Shown here: piece by piece, positions 7,171 through 14,958 of the stretch
Numbering within the stretch: the first letter of the stretch is position 1
Layout of the letters: each line of letters begins with the position of its first letter
Assembly: GCA_024408745.1 (NCBI GenBank)
Contig: JAKSUS010000001.1
Span: 1 to 28,240 of the forward strand
Direction of reading: 5' to 3'
DNA length: 28,240 bases
Source of the DNA: Candidatus Gastranaerophilales bacterium
GTDB taxonomy: Bacteria > Cyanobacteriota > Vampirovibrionia > Gastranaerophilales > JAILCC01
Notes under the pieces: generated by a model
Told to the model about the DNA's origin: nothing
Databases searched by the model: none
Seen by the model: only the letters and a program-made list of their open reading frames with translations
Made by a program: the position numbers and the translations under genes

Positions 7171-7309
7171 CTACGAACGAATTAAAAATAACAACATTGA
7201 GCAAATGGCAGATTTACTTTTTGCTTTTACATTTTATGAAGAAGAAGAAATTGGAGAAGACAATACTAAAATATTAAATTGACTTAAAGCTGAAAGCGAG
7301 GAAGTTTAG
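7163..7309 (+). CDS. Small phage protein, 48 aa, with in-frame TGA at codon 40
   Basis: MNNYERIKNNNIEQMADLL...KILN*LKAESEEV; SD GAGGT; TAG ends 11 nt before the methylase ATG. Confidence 0.6.
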
Positions 7310-7320
7310 GAAGGAAGTAG

Positions 7321-8583
7321 ATGAAACCATTAAGAGTATTAAGTTTATTTGACGGTATAAGTTGCGGTCAAGTGGCTTTTGAGAGAGCTGGTATTCCTAT
7401 TGAAGTTTATTATGCTTCTGAAATTGATAAATATGCAATTCAAATCACACAAAAGAACTATCCTAATACAATTCAATTAGGCGATGTAACAAAGATTGAT
7501 TTTACTCAATTCATAGGCAAGATAGATATTTTAATAGGCGGTAGTCCTTGTCAAGATTTATCAATAGCAGGCAAAAGAAAAGGTTTAAGCGGAGAAAGAA
7601 GCGGACTTTTTTATAAGTATGTCGAAGCACTTGAAACTATAAAACCTAAATACTTTTTGCTTGAAAATAATGTAGGTATGCCAAAAGAAGCATACGAAGA
7701 AATATCAAGACTTATGGGATGTTATCCGGTTGAAATAAATGGTGCTTTGGTATCTGCGCAAAACAGAAAAAGATATTATTGGACTAATATCGGGCCGCAC
7801 TCTTTAAATCTGTTTGGATTTGCAACTTGTCAAATACCACAACCCGAGAACAAAGGTATTTTACTTAAAGATGTTTTAGAAAGTGGATTTTCATATCAAA
7901 ATAAATCAGATTGTTTAACTGCAAGGTATCAAGGTGCTACATTTCCACACGATTACGAAAGAAATCAAAGAACAATGGTTGCAGAACCAATATGTGTAAA
8001 TTCTAAAAGTGGAAATGGAAACACTCAACCGTCTTTATCTGATAGAATTTACTCTGTGGAAGGGAAAAATACAGTTTTAACATCAGGATGGATGCCATAT
8101 ATTGCAGAACCTCTAAGAATACCCGAAGCAACAAAAAAAGGATATGTGGAGATTAATCAAGGGGAATGTGTTGATTTATCTCAACTTAATTCCAAAACTC
8201 GCAGAGGTAGAAATATGAAAGATAAATCAAACGCACTATTAACACAAAACGAATTTTATCAATATATCTCACCTGTGCAATTAGGTCATATATCAAATAC
8301 TAATTCACAAGCAAACAGAGTATATTCAGTTGTTGGTAAATCCGTAACATTAAAAGCAGAGTGTGGCGGTGGTGGAGCAAAAACAGGTCTTTATAAAATA
8401 GATTTGCCTGATGGTGAATATTATATAAGAAAACTAACACCTGTTGAATGTGAGAGATTACAAACACTACCTGACGGATATACAGAGGGAGTAAGTAATA
8501 CTCAAAGATACAAAGCAATAGGCAACGGTTGGACTGTTGATGTTATAGCACATATATTTAGTTTTTTAAAGGAGGAAAAATGA
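7321..8583 (+). CDS. C5-cytosine DNA methyltransferase (Dcm family)
   Basis: VLSLFDG, ASEID, GGSPCQDLS (catalytic PC), ENN, Q.R.R, RKLTPVECERLQ, AIGNG motifs in order. Confidence 0.95.
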   Translation: MKPLRVLSLFDGISCGQVAFERAGIPIEVYYASEIDKYAIQITQKNYPNTIQLGDVTKIDFTQFIGKIDILIGGSPCQDLSIAGKRKGLSGERSGLFYKYVEALETIKPKYFLLENNVGMPKEAYEEISRLMGCYPVEINGALVSAQNRKRYYWTNIGPHSLNLFGFATCQIPQPENKGILLKDVLESGFSYQNKSDCLTARYQGATFPHDYERNQRTMVAEPICVNSKSGNGNTQPSLSDRIYSVEGKNTVLTSGWMPYIAEPLRIPEATKKGYVEINQGECVDLSQLNSKTRRGRNMKDKSNALLTQNEFYQYISPVQLGHISNTNSQANRVYSVVGKSVTLKAECGGGGAKTGLYKIDLPDGEYYIRKLTPVECERLQTLPDGYTEGVSNTQRYKAIGNGWTVDVIAHIFSFLKEEK

Positions 8584-8771
8584 AACAAATATATATAGTT
8601 GTAGGGAAGGTTACAAGTGATAATATAGATCGAGTAATTTCAATAGAAGGAATTTTTAAATCAGAGAAAAATGCAGAAAAAAGATTTGATGAATTAGAGG
8701 AAATATATAGGTACAGTAAAGATGGTCTATGGTTTGATATGTACGATATACCAACTGATTTAATAGATTGA
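8580..8771 (+). CDS. Hypothetical protein, 63 aa
   Basis: ATGA overlap, SD AAGGAGG. Confidence 0.75.
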   Translation: MKQIYIVVGKVTSDNIDRVISIEGIFKSEKNAEKRFDELEEIYRYSKDGLWFDMYDIPTDLID

Positions 8772-8784
8772 GAAAGGATATAAA

Positions 8785-8979
8785 ATGAAGTGTTCAAGTT
8801 GTAAATATGCTCAAAGTTCATATAGCCAAGGCTCATCTTATTATGAAGATGACACACAAAGCCTATGTTTTTTAACTGATTATGGTGAACAAACCGATGT
8901 AAATGGGTTAGGTTGCAGATTAAATCAAAGAACTTTAGATTATCGATATCGAAAAATGCAAGAGTTTTATAGAAAGTGA
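8785..8979 (+). CDS. Small Cys-rich hypothetical protein
   Basis: MKCSSCKYA...C...GC; SD GAAAGGA. Confidence 0.7.
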   Translation: MKCSSCKYAQSSYSQGSSYYEDDTQSLCFLTDYGEQTDVNGLGCRLNQRTLDYRYRKMQEFYRK

Positions 8980-8988
8980 GGAGTAAAA

Positions 8989-9075
8989 ATGATAGATATT
9001 ATAATAAAAATAAGCGCAAGTATATGCATTATATCCATAGCAGTATTTTTTATATTAGGGTTTATATGGGGTTAG
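8989..9075 (+). CDS. 28-aa single-pass membrane peptide (not in ORF track)
   Basis: MIDIIIKISASICIISIAVFFILGFIWG; SD GAGGAG. Confidence 0.55.
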   Translation: MIDIIIKISASICIISIAVFFILGFIWG

Positions 9076-9083
9076 AAGGATAA

Positions 9084-9383
9084 ATGGAACTTGAAATTAA
9101 AAAAAGTCCGACAAATAGAGGCTTATGCTGTTACTTTGAATATAAAAATAAAAAATATTATGCTGATTTATGTGAATTACCTAGTTATCACACAATTTTT
9201 ACTTGTTTATCTATATGCACTGCTCAAGCAACAAGCGGTACAGAATGTATGATATTTGAAATTAAAAATGGGGAAATAGATTTTTCTGAAGATTTGTATT
9301 GCAGAACAGGGATTGAAGTTACACAAGAAAATATAAAAGAATGTATTGAGGATTTTATAAAGAGTTTAGAAAGTGAGGAATAA
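9084..9383 (+). CDS. Hypothetical protein, 99 aa
   Basis: ORF with SD GAAGGA. Confidence 0.75.
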   Translation: MELEIKKSPTNRGLCCYFEYKNKKYYADLCELPSYHTIFTCLSICTAQATSGTECMIFEIKNGEIDFSEDLYCRTGIEVTQENIKECIEDFIKSLESEE

Positions 9384-9389
9384 GAATAA

Positions 9390-9743
9390 ATGCTAACATT
9401 CAATCTTAAAAAAGAATGGTTTAATAAAATTAAATCAGGTGAAAAAACTCATGAATATAGAGAAGTTAAATCATATTGGACTAAGAGAATAATGAAATCA
9501 ATGTATCACGAATATATTACAGATGATGATTATTTTATCCGTATGTGTTACGGTTGTGGAAATTATTGGAATCCAATAGATGGTAAAATAGTTTTTTGTT
9601 GTGGTTATCCTCAAAAAAGCGATAAAGAAAAAAGACTAAATGCCGTAATTAAAAAAGTCTTAATTAGAAATGGTATGAATACTGATTTAAAAATAGCTAA
9701 AAAGGTATTTGACATTGAATTTGAACTTATAAAAGGAGAATAA
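9390..9743 (+). CDS. ASCH/PUA-like domain protein
   Basis: LKKEWFNKIKSGEKTHEYRE matches the ASCH GxKxxExR motif. Confidence 0.85.
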   Translation: MLTFNLKKEWFNKIKSGEKTHEYREVKSYWTKRIMKSMYHEYITDDDYFIRMCYGCGNYWNPIDGKIVFCCGYPQKSDKEKRLNAVIKKVLIRNGMNTDLKIAKKVFDIEFELIKGE

Positions 9744-10079
9744 ATGCTAACACTAGAACAATTTAAAAATTATATTGAAGAATTAGTTAAATTTGAAGAT
9801 AAATTCGATAAAGCAACAGAAATATTAATCGATGGAAATATAGGATTTTTAGACTTGCATTTTCCTGTCTGTTCAAAATACATTGAACTTCTATCAATGG
9901 CTATGAAAGATGAGGGAGAATGGATTGAGTGGTTTATGTTTGAATATGCAGATATAAATGATGATAAAAAAGTTGAAGCAGATAATATAGAATACAACAT
10001 AAAAACTATTGATGATTTATATTACTTGCTTACAAAGCAATATGACAAAATAACGAGGTGGAAGAATGGTAAACAATAA
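9744..10079 (+). CDS. Hypothetical phage protein, 111 aa
   Basis: ORF with SD AAAGGAG. Confidence 0.75.
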   Translation: MLTLEQFKNYIEELVKFEDKFDKATEILIDGNIGFLDLHFPVCSKYIELLSMAMKDEGEWIEWFMFEYADINDDKKVEADNIEYNIKTIDDLYYLLTKQYDKITRWKNGKQ

Positions 10080-10230
10080 TAAAAGTTTTATAACTTTACA
10101 ACCACATAAAGAAGAAGTTTTTTGTCCCAAAAAATTAATTAAATTGATTGAAAAATTATGTACAGAAGAAATGCAACAAAAGTTCAATCCGTTAGCAAAA
10201 AAGATTTTAGAGGTGATTGAGAATGATTAA
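10066..10230 (+). CDS. Small hypothetical protein, 54 aa (not in ORF track)
   Basis: MVNNNKSFITLQPHKEE...EVIEND; SD GAGGTG. Confidence 0.65.
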   Translation: MVNNNKSFITLQPHKEEVFCPKKLIKLIEKLCTEEMQQKFNPLAKKILEVIEND

Positions 10231-10684
10231 AGATGAGATTAAAAATTATACTGATAAAATGAATATCAAATTTGCAATAACGAATTACGTTAATATCGGT
10301 AAACTTGCTTATTCTATGGCTAGAATGATTAAAAAAGAGTTTAAAGAAAATAATTCAATTCAATTCGATAGTGAAGACATTAGATGTTTAATAATTGCTA
10401 TTGATAAAACTTTAAAGGCTCTTTATAAGAAGGTTGATTGTTGGAATTTTAAAAAACATCTTGAAAAAACTTATGATAAACTTACAATACCGGTTTTGGT
10501 TGACGAGTTAACAGAACGCAGAAAAATTGTAAATGTAATTCAAAATATTAGTGCTACATTATGCACTTTAAATGCTTTATCTGTATGGTTAGAGGTAAAA
10601 GAAAGCTACGATATTCAACAAAAGAATAAGTCTGATGATTTATTTAATGATAGTATTTTGGAAGCACTTATGGAGGCTTGGTAA
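10223..10684 (+). CDS. Hypothetical helical protein
   Basis: ORF; ATG 10223 follows GAGGTG. Confidence 0.75.
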   Translation: MIKDEIKNYTDKMNIKFAITNYVNIGKLAYSMARMIKKEFKENNSIQFDSEDIRCLIIAIDKTLKALYKKVDCWNFKKHLEKTYDKLTIPVLVDELTERRKIVNVIQNISATLCTLNALSVWLEVKESYDIQQKNKSDDLFNDSILEALMEAW

Positions 10685-10951
10685 ATGAATATAACAATAA
10701 AAGAATTATTTGAGATATTTAACTATGGAGTTGATTATGGATTATTACAAGCCGAAGAAGAAAGAGCAGGGGAAGAATGGGGCGACGCTTTTAATGGGTA
10801 TTGTGGAGATAAAAAGTATGCTATGCCCGTAAATCCTATTGAAAGACGGCATTTACATAGTGAAAAATGGTTTGAAGCTAAAAACAAAAGTGTGAATAAA
10901 TTTAAAGAATTATTAGTTAAAGTTGCTGAAATGAACAGTAAAGGAGCTTAA
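10685..10951 (+). CDS. Hypothetical protein, 88 aa
   Basis: ORF with SD GGAGG. Confidence 0.75.
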   Translation: MNITIKELFEIFNYGVDYGLLQAEEERAGEEWGDAFNGYCGDKKYAMPVNPIERRHLHSEKWFEAKNKSVNKFKELLVKVAEMNSKGA

Positions 10952-10963
10952 AGGCTCTTTTTT
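10941..10963 (+). terminator. Weak intrinsic terminator before xis-int
   Basis: AAGGAGC-ttaaag-GCTCTTT then T-run. Confidence 0.45.
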
Positions 10964-11010
10964 ATTACTTAACAAAACTTCATGAACATATATTAAAAAG
11001 GAGAAATACA

Positions 11011-11220
11011 ATGATAAATGTTGTTAATATTAAAGATTATAAGTTCGAGGACATTATGCTATCACCTAGCGATTTAAAAAAGATTTTTAGGGGTAAAACC
11101 GACGCAACTTTTTTAAATTGGGCGAAACGAGGATTATTAAAGAAATATAAAATAGGCGGTTGCGTATTTTATAAAGCTGATGATGTCAAAAAACTAATTG
11201 AACAATCAGCAGAGGAATAA
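11011..11220 (+). CDS. xis: Excisionase-like winged HTH protein
   Basis: LSPSDL.....TFLNWAKRGLL..YKIGG.VFY...DV pattern; immediately upstream of integrase. Confidence 0.75.
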   Translation: MINVVNIKDYKFEDIMLSPSDLKKIFRGKTDATFLNWAKRGLLKKYKIGGCVFYKADDVKKLIEQSAEE

Positions 11221-11223
11221 GTT

Positions 11224-12306
11224 ATGGGAAGTTTAAGAAAAAGAGAATGGAAAACCAAAAAAGGCATTTCCATTCGTTATGAATATTCGTATATGCTTTA
11301 TGGGAAGCAATATAAAAAGCTGTTCAAGAAAAAACCAATTCCCCAAGAACTCGTAGCACTCACACAAACAATAGGTGATAATCCTACATTTCAAGAGGCA
11401 TTGAATGATTATATTAATAGTTATTGCGCCCTGCATTGCAAGGCTTCAACTATTGAAACATACCAAAATTACTATGACGTAGGATTAAAACCGCTTTATT
11501 TTCTGCGAGTAAAAACTTATAAAAAAATTGACTTAACTAAGTTTATTATTCAATATAAAGAAAATCACGCACCAAAAACAACAAATAACTTGCTTGTTTT
11601 TCTCAAAGGTTTTTTTAATTGGCTTATTGATGAAAAAATAATTTCAGAAAGTCCGGCAAAGAAAATAAGACCGTTACCGATAGAAAAAGTCGAGGCTAAA
11701 TCACTTGACGAAGAAGATAGAAAGTTATTTGTTTATTGTTTAAAATATGTTCCCGATTGGGTGCAACTTTTCTTTTTAACCATGCTCAATATGGGTTTAA
11801 GAATAAGTGAATGTTTAGCCCTTGAATGGTCTGATATTGATTTTGATAATGCAAAAATGAATATTAATAAACAATATTATCGTTTTAGGGTTACAAGTAC
11901 GAAGAACTACGAAGTAAGAATAATCGACATTCCCGACCATTTGTTAGAGCGATTTAAGAGCGAAAATATAAAATCCAATCTTGTTTTTAATTCGCCTGAA
12001 GCCCCCGGACAATATGCAAGCGTTAATAATTTGCGTGAAAGGTGGTTCGAAAATATAAAAAGAAAAATGGAAGAAATATCAAATAAAGATTTTAGCTGGT
12101 TTACTCCTCACTGTTTACGGCACACTCACGCAACCTATTTACTTTCAAACGGAATTCCGTTATCATATGTAAGTAAACGGTTAGGACATCGTGATACAAA
12201 TACGACATTGAACATTTATAATCACGCTCTACCAAGCGATAATTTAAAAGCATTAAACTTATTAAAAAATTTAAATCAGAGCAAAATTAGAGCAAAAAAA
12301 ACTTAA
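11224..12306 (+). CDS. int: Tyrosine integrase
   Basis: GLRISE.LAL.WSDIDF, TKN, HCLRHT, LGH, YNH catalytic residues; short N-terminal arm-binding domain. Confidence 0.95.
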   Translation: MGSLRKREWKTKKGISIRYEYSYMLYGKQYKKLFKKKPIPQELVALTQTIGDNPTFQEALNDYINSYCALHCKASTIETYQNYYDVGLKPLYFLRVKTYKKIDLTKFIIQYKENHAPKTTNNLLVFLKGFFNWLIDEKIISESPAKKIRPLPIEKVEAKSLDEEDRKLFVYCLKYVPDWVQLFFLTMLNMGLRISECLALEWSDIDFDNAKMNINKQYYRFRVTSTKNYEVRIIDIPDHLLERFKSENIKSNLVFNSPEAPGQYASVNNLRERWFENIKRKMEEISNKDFSWFTPHCLRHTHATYLLSNGIPLSYVSKRLGHRDTNTTLNIYNHALPSDNLKALNLLKNLNQSKIRAKKT

Positions 12307-12503
12307 ATTCAATAATAATCGCAGAGATGTGTCCGAGTGGTTTAAGGTGCAGATTTGAAAGAGCGTATTTTTTAATCTTTTTATATTTTTTAAATAGCCC
12401 TTAAAAGTCAATAAAATAAAGGCTTTTTAAAGAATATAGAATTTTATAATTTTTAAATATTTTTAATGTTTTTAAAACAAATTAGAGCAAAATTAGAGCA
12501 AAA
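12276..12503. mobile_element. attP-like region with two pairs of 11-bp arm repeats
   Basis: TCAGAGCAAAA 12276 and TTAGAGCAAAA at 12287, 12482, 12493 flank a tRNA fragment. Confidence 0.75.
12323..12360 (+). other. 5' half of a class II (Ser-type) tRNA; probable att core, not a complete tRNA
   Basis: AGAGATG-TG-TCCG-AGTGGTTTA-AGGT-G-CAGAT-TT.. gives acceptor 5' strand, D arm and anticodon 5' stem; no T arm or CCA follows. Confidence 0.75.
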
Positions 12504-12535
12504 AAATTTTGCTTTTTTCTTGTATGGAGGAATTT

Positions 12536-12859
12536 ATGCGAAAATCTCATTTTTTATCAAACGGAGTCTACTTAGACACAACAACAGGGAATAAATATAT
12601 TCCACAATCACGATGTGAAATTTGCAAAACCACTTTTCCCTTGTCTGTCCATCATTTTTTAAATCAACAAAAATGTTTCAGAGATTTAGAAAATTCTAAA
12701 ATACATCATCCCAAAATGTGGACTAAAGATTTTATATTAAAAAATCAAAAACTTTTTTTTTTTTGTTTTCAATGTCATGCAGATGTCGAAAGATTATCAC
12801 CTGATAAATTCAAGCAAAAGTACGGTTTAAATTTATTCGATTTCAAGCACCCTAGCTAA
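12536..12859 (+). CDS. HNH-like / Cys-His nuclease-fold protein
   Basis: CEIC...VHH...C..CH; start ATG 12536 after GGAGG. Confidence 0.6.
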   Translation: MRKSHFLSNGVYLDTTTGNKYIPQSRCEICKTTFPLSVHHFLNQQKCFRDLENSKIHHPKMWTKDFILKNQKLFFFCFQCHADVERLSPDKFKQKYGLNLFDFKHPS

Positions 12860-13250
12860 TCTTAAACGGTGGCTGCTTTCTGTTTTTCCCTTTTGAATAC
12901 GATATATGCACCCATTTATCATACTCATTTATCAACTGGTCGTATTCAACTCCGGACTTTTTAACCAATTCAATAATTTGATTAATCGTTAATCCCGTAA
13001 TATGAAAATCAACCGCTTCACCTTTTAAGTGTTGCGAGTTGCTTTTCCCTTTAACAAGCGCATTAACTCTTTCGTTTCTATAACCCGATGTAATAATCAT
13101 CGGCTTTTTAATATAATCTCTTATCGGTTGTAAACAATAAACGATTAAATTCATAAGGTTATCTAAAATATAACTTTGCTGAGGGATATTATTAATCTTA
13201 TTTTTTACTGCAGTATCAGATTTAATTAATTCTGTCATACTAAAATTCAT
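12852..13250 (-). CDS. Endolysin, peptidase M15A family
   Basis: ITSGYR, SQH..GEAVD, WVHIS zinc-peptidase motifs; position after holin. Confidence 0.88.
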   Translation of the reverse strand: MNFSMTELIKSDTAVKNKINNIPQQSYILDNLMNLIVYCLQPIRDYIKKPMIITSGYRNERVNALVKGKSNSQHLKGEAVDFHITGLTINQIIELVKKSGVEYDQLINEYDKWVHISYSKGKNRKQPPFKIS

Positions 13251-13639
13251 TTAAACACCCCTTTAATAATTTCTTTCCAATTTGCGTAAACCGTGCTTGC
13301 TGTCTTTGAAATTTGCCTTGCATACCCATCACCATCAAAAGATTTAGTCTGTACTCCAATGAATTGTTTCAAATATTCAGCTAATCCATTCGGTGGTATT
13401 GCACTCGGCGGTAAATTTCCTTTATTCCAATTATTTGTGTTTTTCATCAAAAGATAATTTGTTAAGTTACTTTTTCCGCCTTTGCTATGAGGTATATAAT
13501 GGTCAAGTGTTACATTCTCTTTTGTTAATAAACTTCCCATGGGGTCAATCTTGACGGTCGGCAAATTCCCGTTTTTAAATTCTGTTTTTAATACTGACTT
13601 ATAACCAAAACTTGTACCGTCAATAATGCTTATTTGCAT
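13247..13639 (-). CDS. HNH endonuclease-like protein
   Basis: TLDHYIPHSKGG...NY....NN.NKGN HNH motif. Confidence 0.8.
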   Translation of the reverse strand: MQISIIDGTSFGYKSVLKTEFKNGNLPTVKIDPMGSLLTKENVTLDHYIPHSKGGKSNLTNYLLMKNTNNWNKGNLPPSAIPPNGLAEYLKQFIGVQTKSFDGDGYARQISKTASTVYANWKEIIKGVFK

Positions 13640-13848
13640 ATATCATCAATCCTTTTATGAGCTGATTTTGTACTATCCTCTACTCTAATCATACGTTCAA
13701 GGATATTGTTATACTTTCTCATATCAGCTTTTAATTCTTCAATTTGCTTTTGCATAAATGCTATTGTAGTTTTATTTATTCCGATAAAAATTCCTACAGA
13801 TATAAGCTGAATGATTAAAGTTAAAATTAATTCGGTTGATACATTCAT
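13630..13848 (-). CDS. Putative holin / XhlA-like membrane protein
   Basis: One N-terminal TM segment, coiled coil, SAHKRID tail. Confidence 0.6.
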   Translation of the reverse strand: MNVSTELILTLIIQLISVGIFIGINKTTIAFMQKQIEELKADMRKYNNILERMIRVEDSTKSAHKRIDDICK

Positions 13849-14306
13849 TTACCCCAACCCCCAAACATCTTTTGAAATAAATCAACTGCATTTGCCATAA
13901 CACCTGCCTTAAACTTGCTTACACCACTTGCAATAAGCAAGGCTTTAAATACTTTTGTTGAAAAGGCTCTATCATTTTTAACGTACTTATGATTGATACA
14001 AAGTACATCATGGATTAATGAAGCAATTAAAAACTCATTATCAGTATTAGAACCTATAATTCTCCAAAAAACTTTAGGAATACTTGCCCCATCGTAACAA
14101 AATCCACTCGGAATAACAAAAATATAAGGGTCATTTTCGTTTAAATCCGTTAGTTGAACTTCTAAATCTTCACGATTAACAAACGGAAGTTTTTTAATTT
14201 CCTGAACTTCTTTAACAGTGAAGTATGGCATAATATATCTTATTCCGACGTTTGGAGCTTTATTAAACTCGATTAAAACCTCGTCATCTTCAAACCATTT
14301 AATCAT
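13845..14306 (-). CDS. DUF1353 family protein
   Basis: IPSGF.YDGASIP..FW......ASLIHD.L...DR..S...F..L. Confidence 0.85.
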   Translation of the reverse strand: MIKWFEDDEVLIEFNKAPNVGIRYIMPYFTVKEVQEIKKLPFVNREDLEVQLTDLNENDPYIFVIPSGFCYDGASIPKVFWRIIGSNTDNEFLIASLIHDVLCINHKYVKNDRAFSTKVFKALLIASGVSKFKAGVMANAVDLFQKMFGGWGK

Positions 14307-14310
14307 TTAT

Positions 14311-14958
14311 TTATTCCTCATTAACCACAGGCAATTCTTTATTTAAAAACAAATAATCAATATCATCAGGAGTATAACCCAACAATGACCCTACAATATC
14401 AAACAATCTGCCATTACCAAACATAGCACCTCGATAAAATAAATTAGCTCCAAACTCTGCCCCTAGTGCCTTCATATCAACTCCAGTCATTTGAGTTGAA
14501 ATTAATTGTTTAAGGTCATCAAAATTTATTCCTTTTGCTTTAATTAAAGCTCTTTCAACATCAGCAGGAGTTAAAGTTAATTTATCATAGCCTTCAGGAT
14601 TATCAACTATTTCTAAATCTTCAACGATTTTAGTTCTTGTTTCCGTATGGTGTGCTTGAACAAGTATCGTGCTTTCTTCGCCAGTTTCGGGGTCGATAAT
14701 AGTTTCCTCAACCATTTTTGGATATGGTTCTTGTATAATAACGGTTTCCATAATCGGTTCACCTGTTTCAGGGTCGAACATAGGTTCGCCTGTTTCAGGG
14801 TCAATTTTTTGTCTTGTTATTTCTTTTTCAACATAATTCCACTCTAAAACTTCAACATCATACTCAACTTCTTTTTGAACTATAACAAGAATTTTTCCTT
14901 GCTCATTAGCTTCAATTGCTTTATTAGAGTATGTAATTTCATCAAATAATCTTTCCAT
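14311..14958 (-). CDS. Tail-associated protein, possible fibre chaperone, with DPETGE repeats
   Basis: Directly after tail fibre; C-terminus parallels 17491-17943. Confidence 0.55.
   Translation of the reverse strand: MERLFDEITYSNKAIEANEQGKILVIVQKEVEYDVEVLEWNYVEKEITRQKIDPETGEPMFDPETGEPIMETVIIQEPYPKMVEETIIDPETGEESTILVQAHHTETRTKIVEDLEIVDNPEGYDKLTLTPADVERALIKAKGINFDDLKQLISTQMTGVDMKALGAEFGANLFYRGAMFGNGRLFDIVGSLLGYTPDDIDYLFLNKELPVVNEE

Noticed and set aside
7321-8583. Methyltransferase motif VI reads ENN instead of ENV and the variable region is long
   Set aside because: The catalytic Glu and PC are intact, and long variable regions are usual in phage C5 methylases.
8977-9075. In-frame fusion of the 8785 gene with the 28-aa membrane peptide through TGA
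   Set aside because: The second ORF has its own strong SD (GAGGAG); in-frame spacing has a one-in-three chance.
1039-11436. Antisense or alternate-frame ORFs at 1039, 1898, 4270, 5981, 6024, 6583, 8300, 8558, 9770 and 11233
   Set aside because: All are shadows of better-supported + strand genes.
12354-12360. TTTGAAA reads TTTCAAA on the other strand, like a UGA-suppressor anticodon loop
   Set aside because: The tRNA arms are on the + strand, no complete tRNA is present, and integration would not invert the loop; treated as coincidence.
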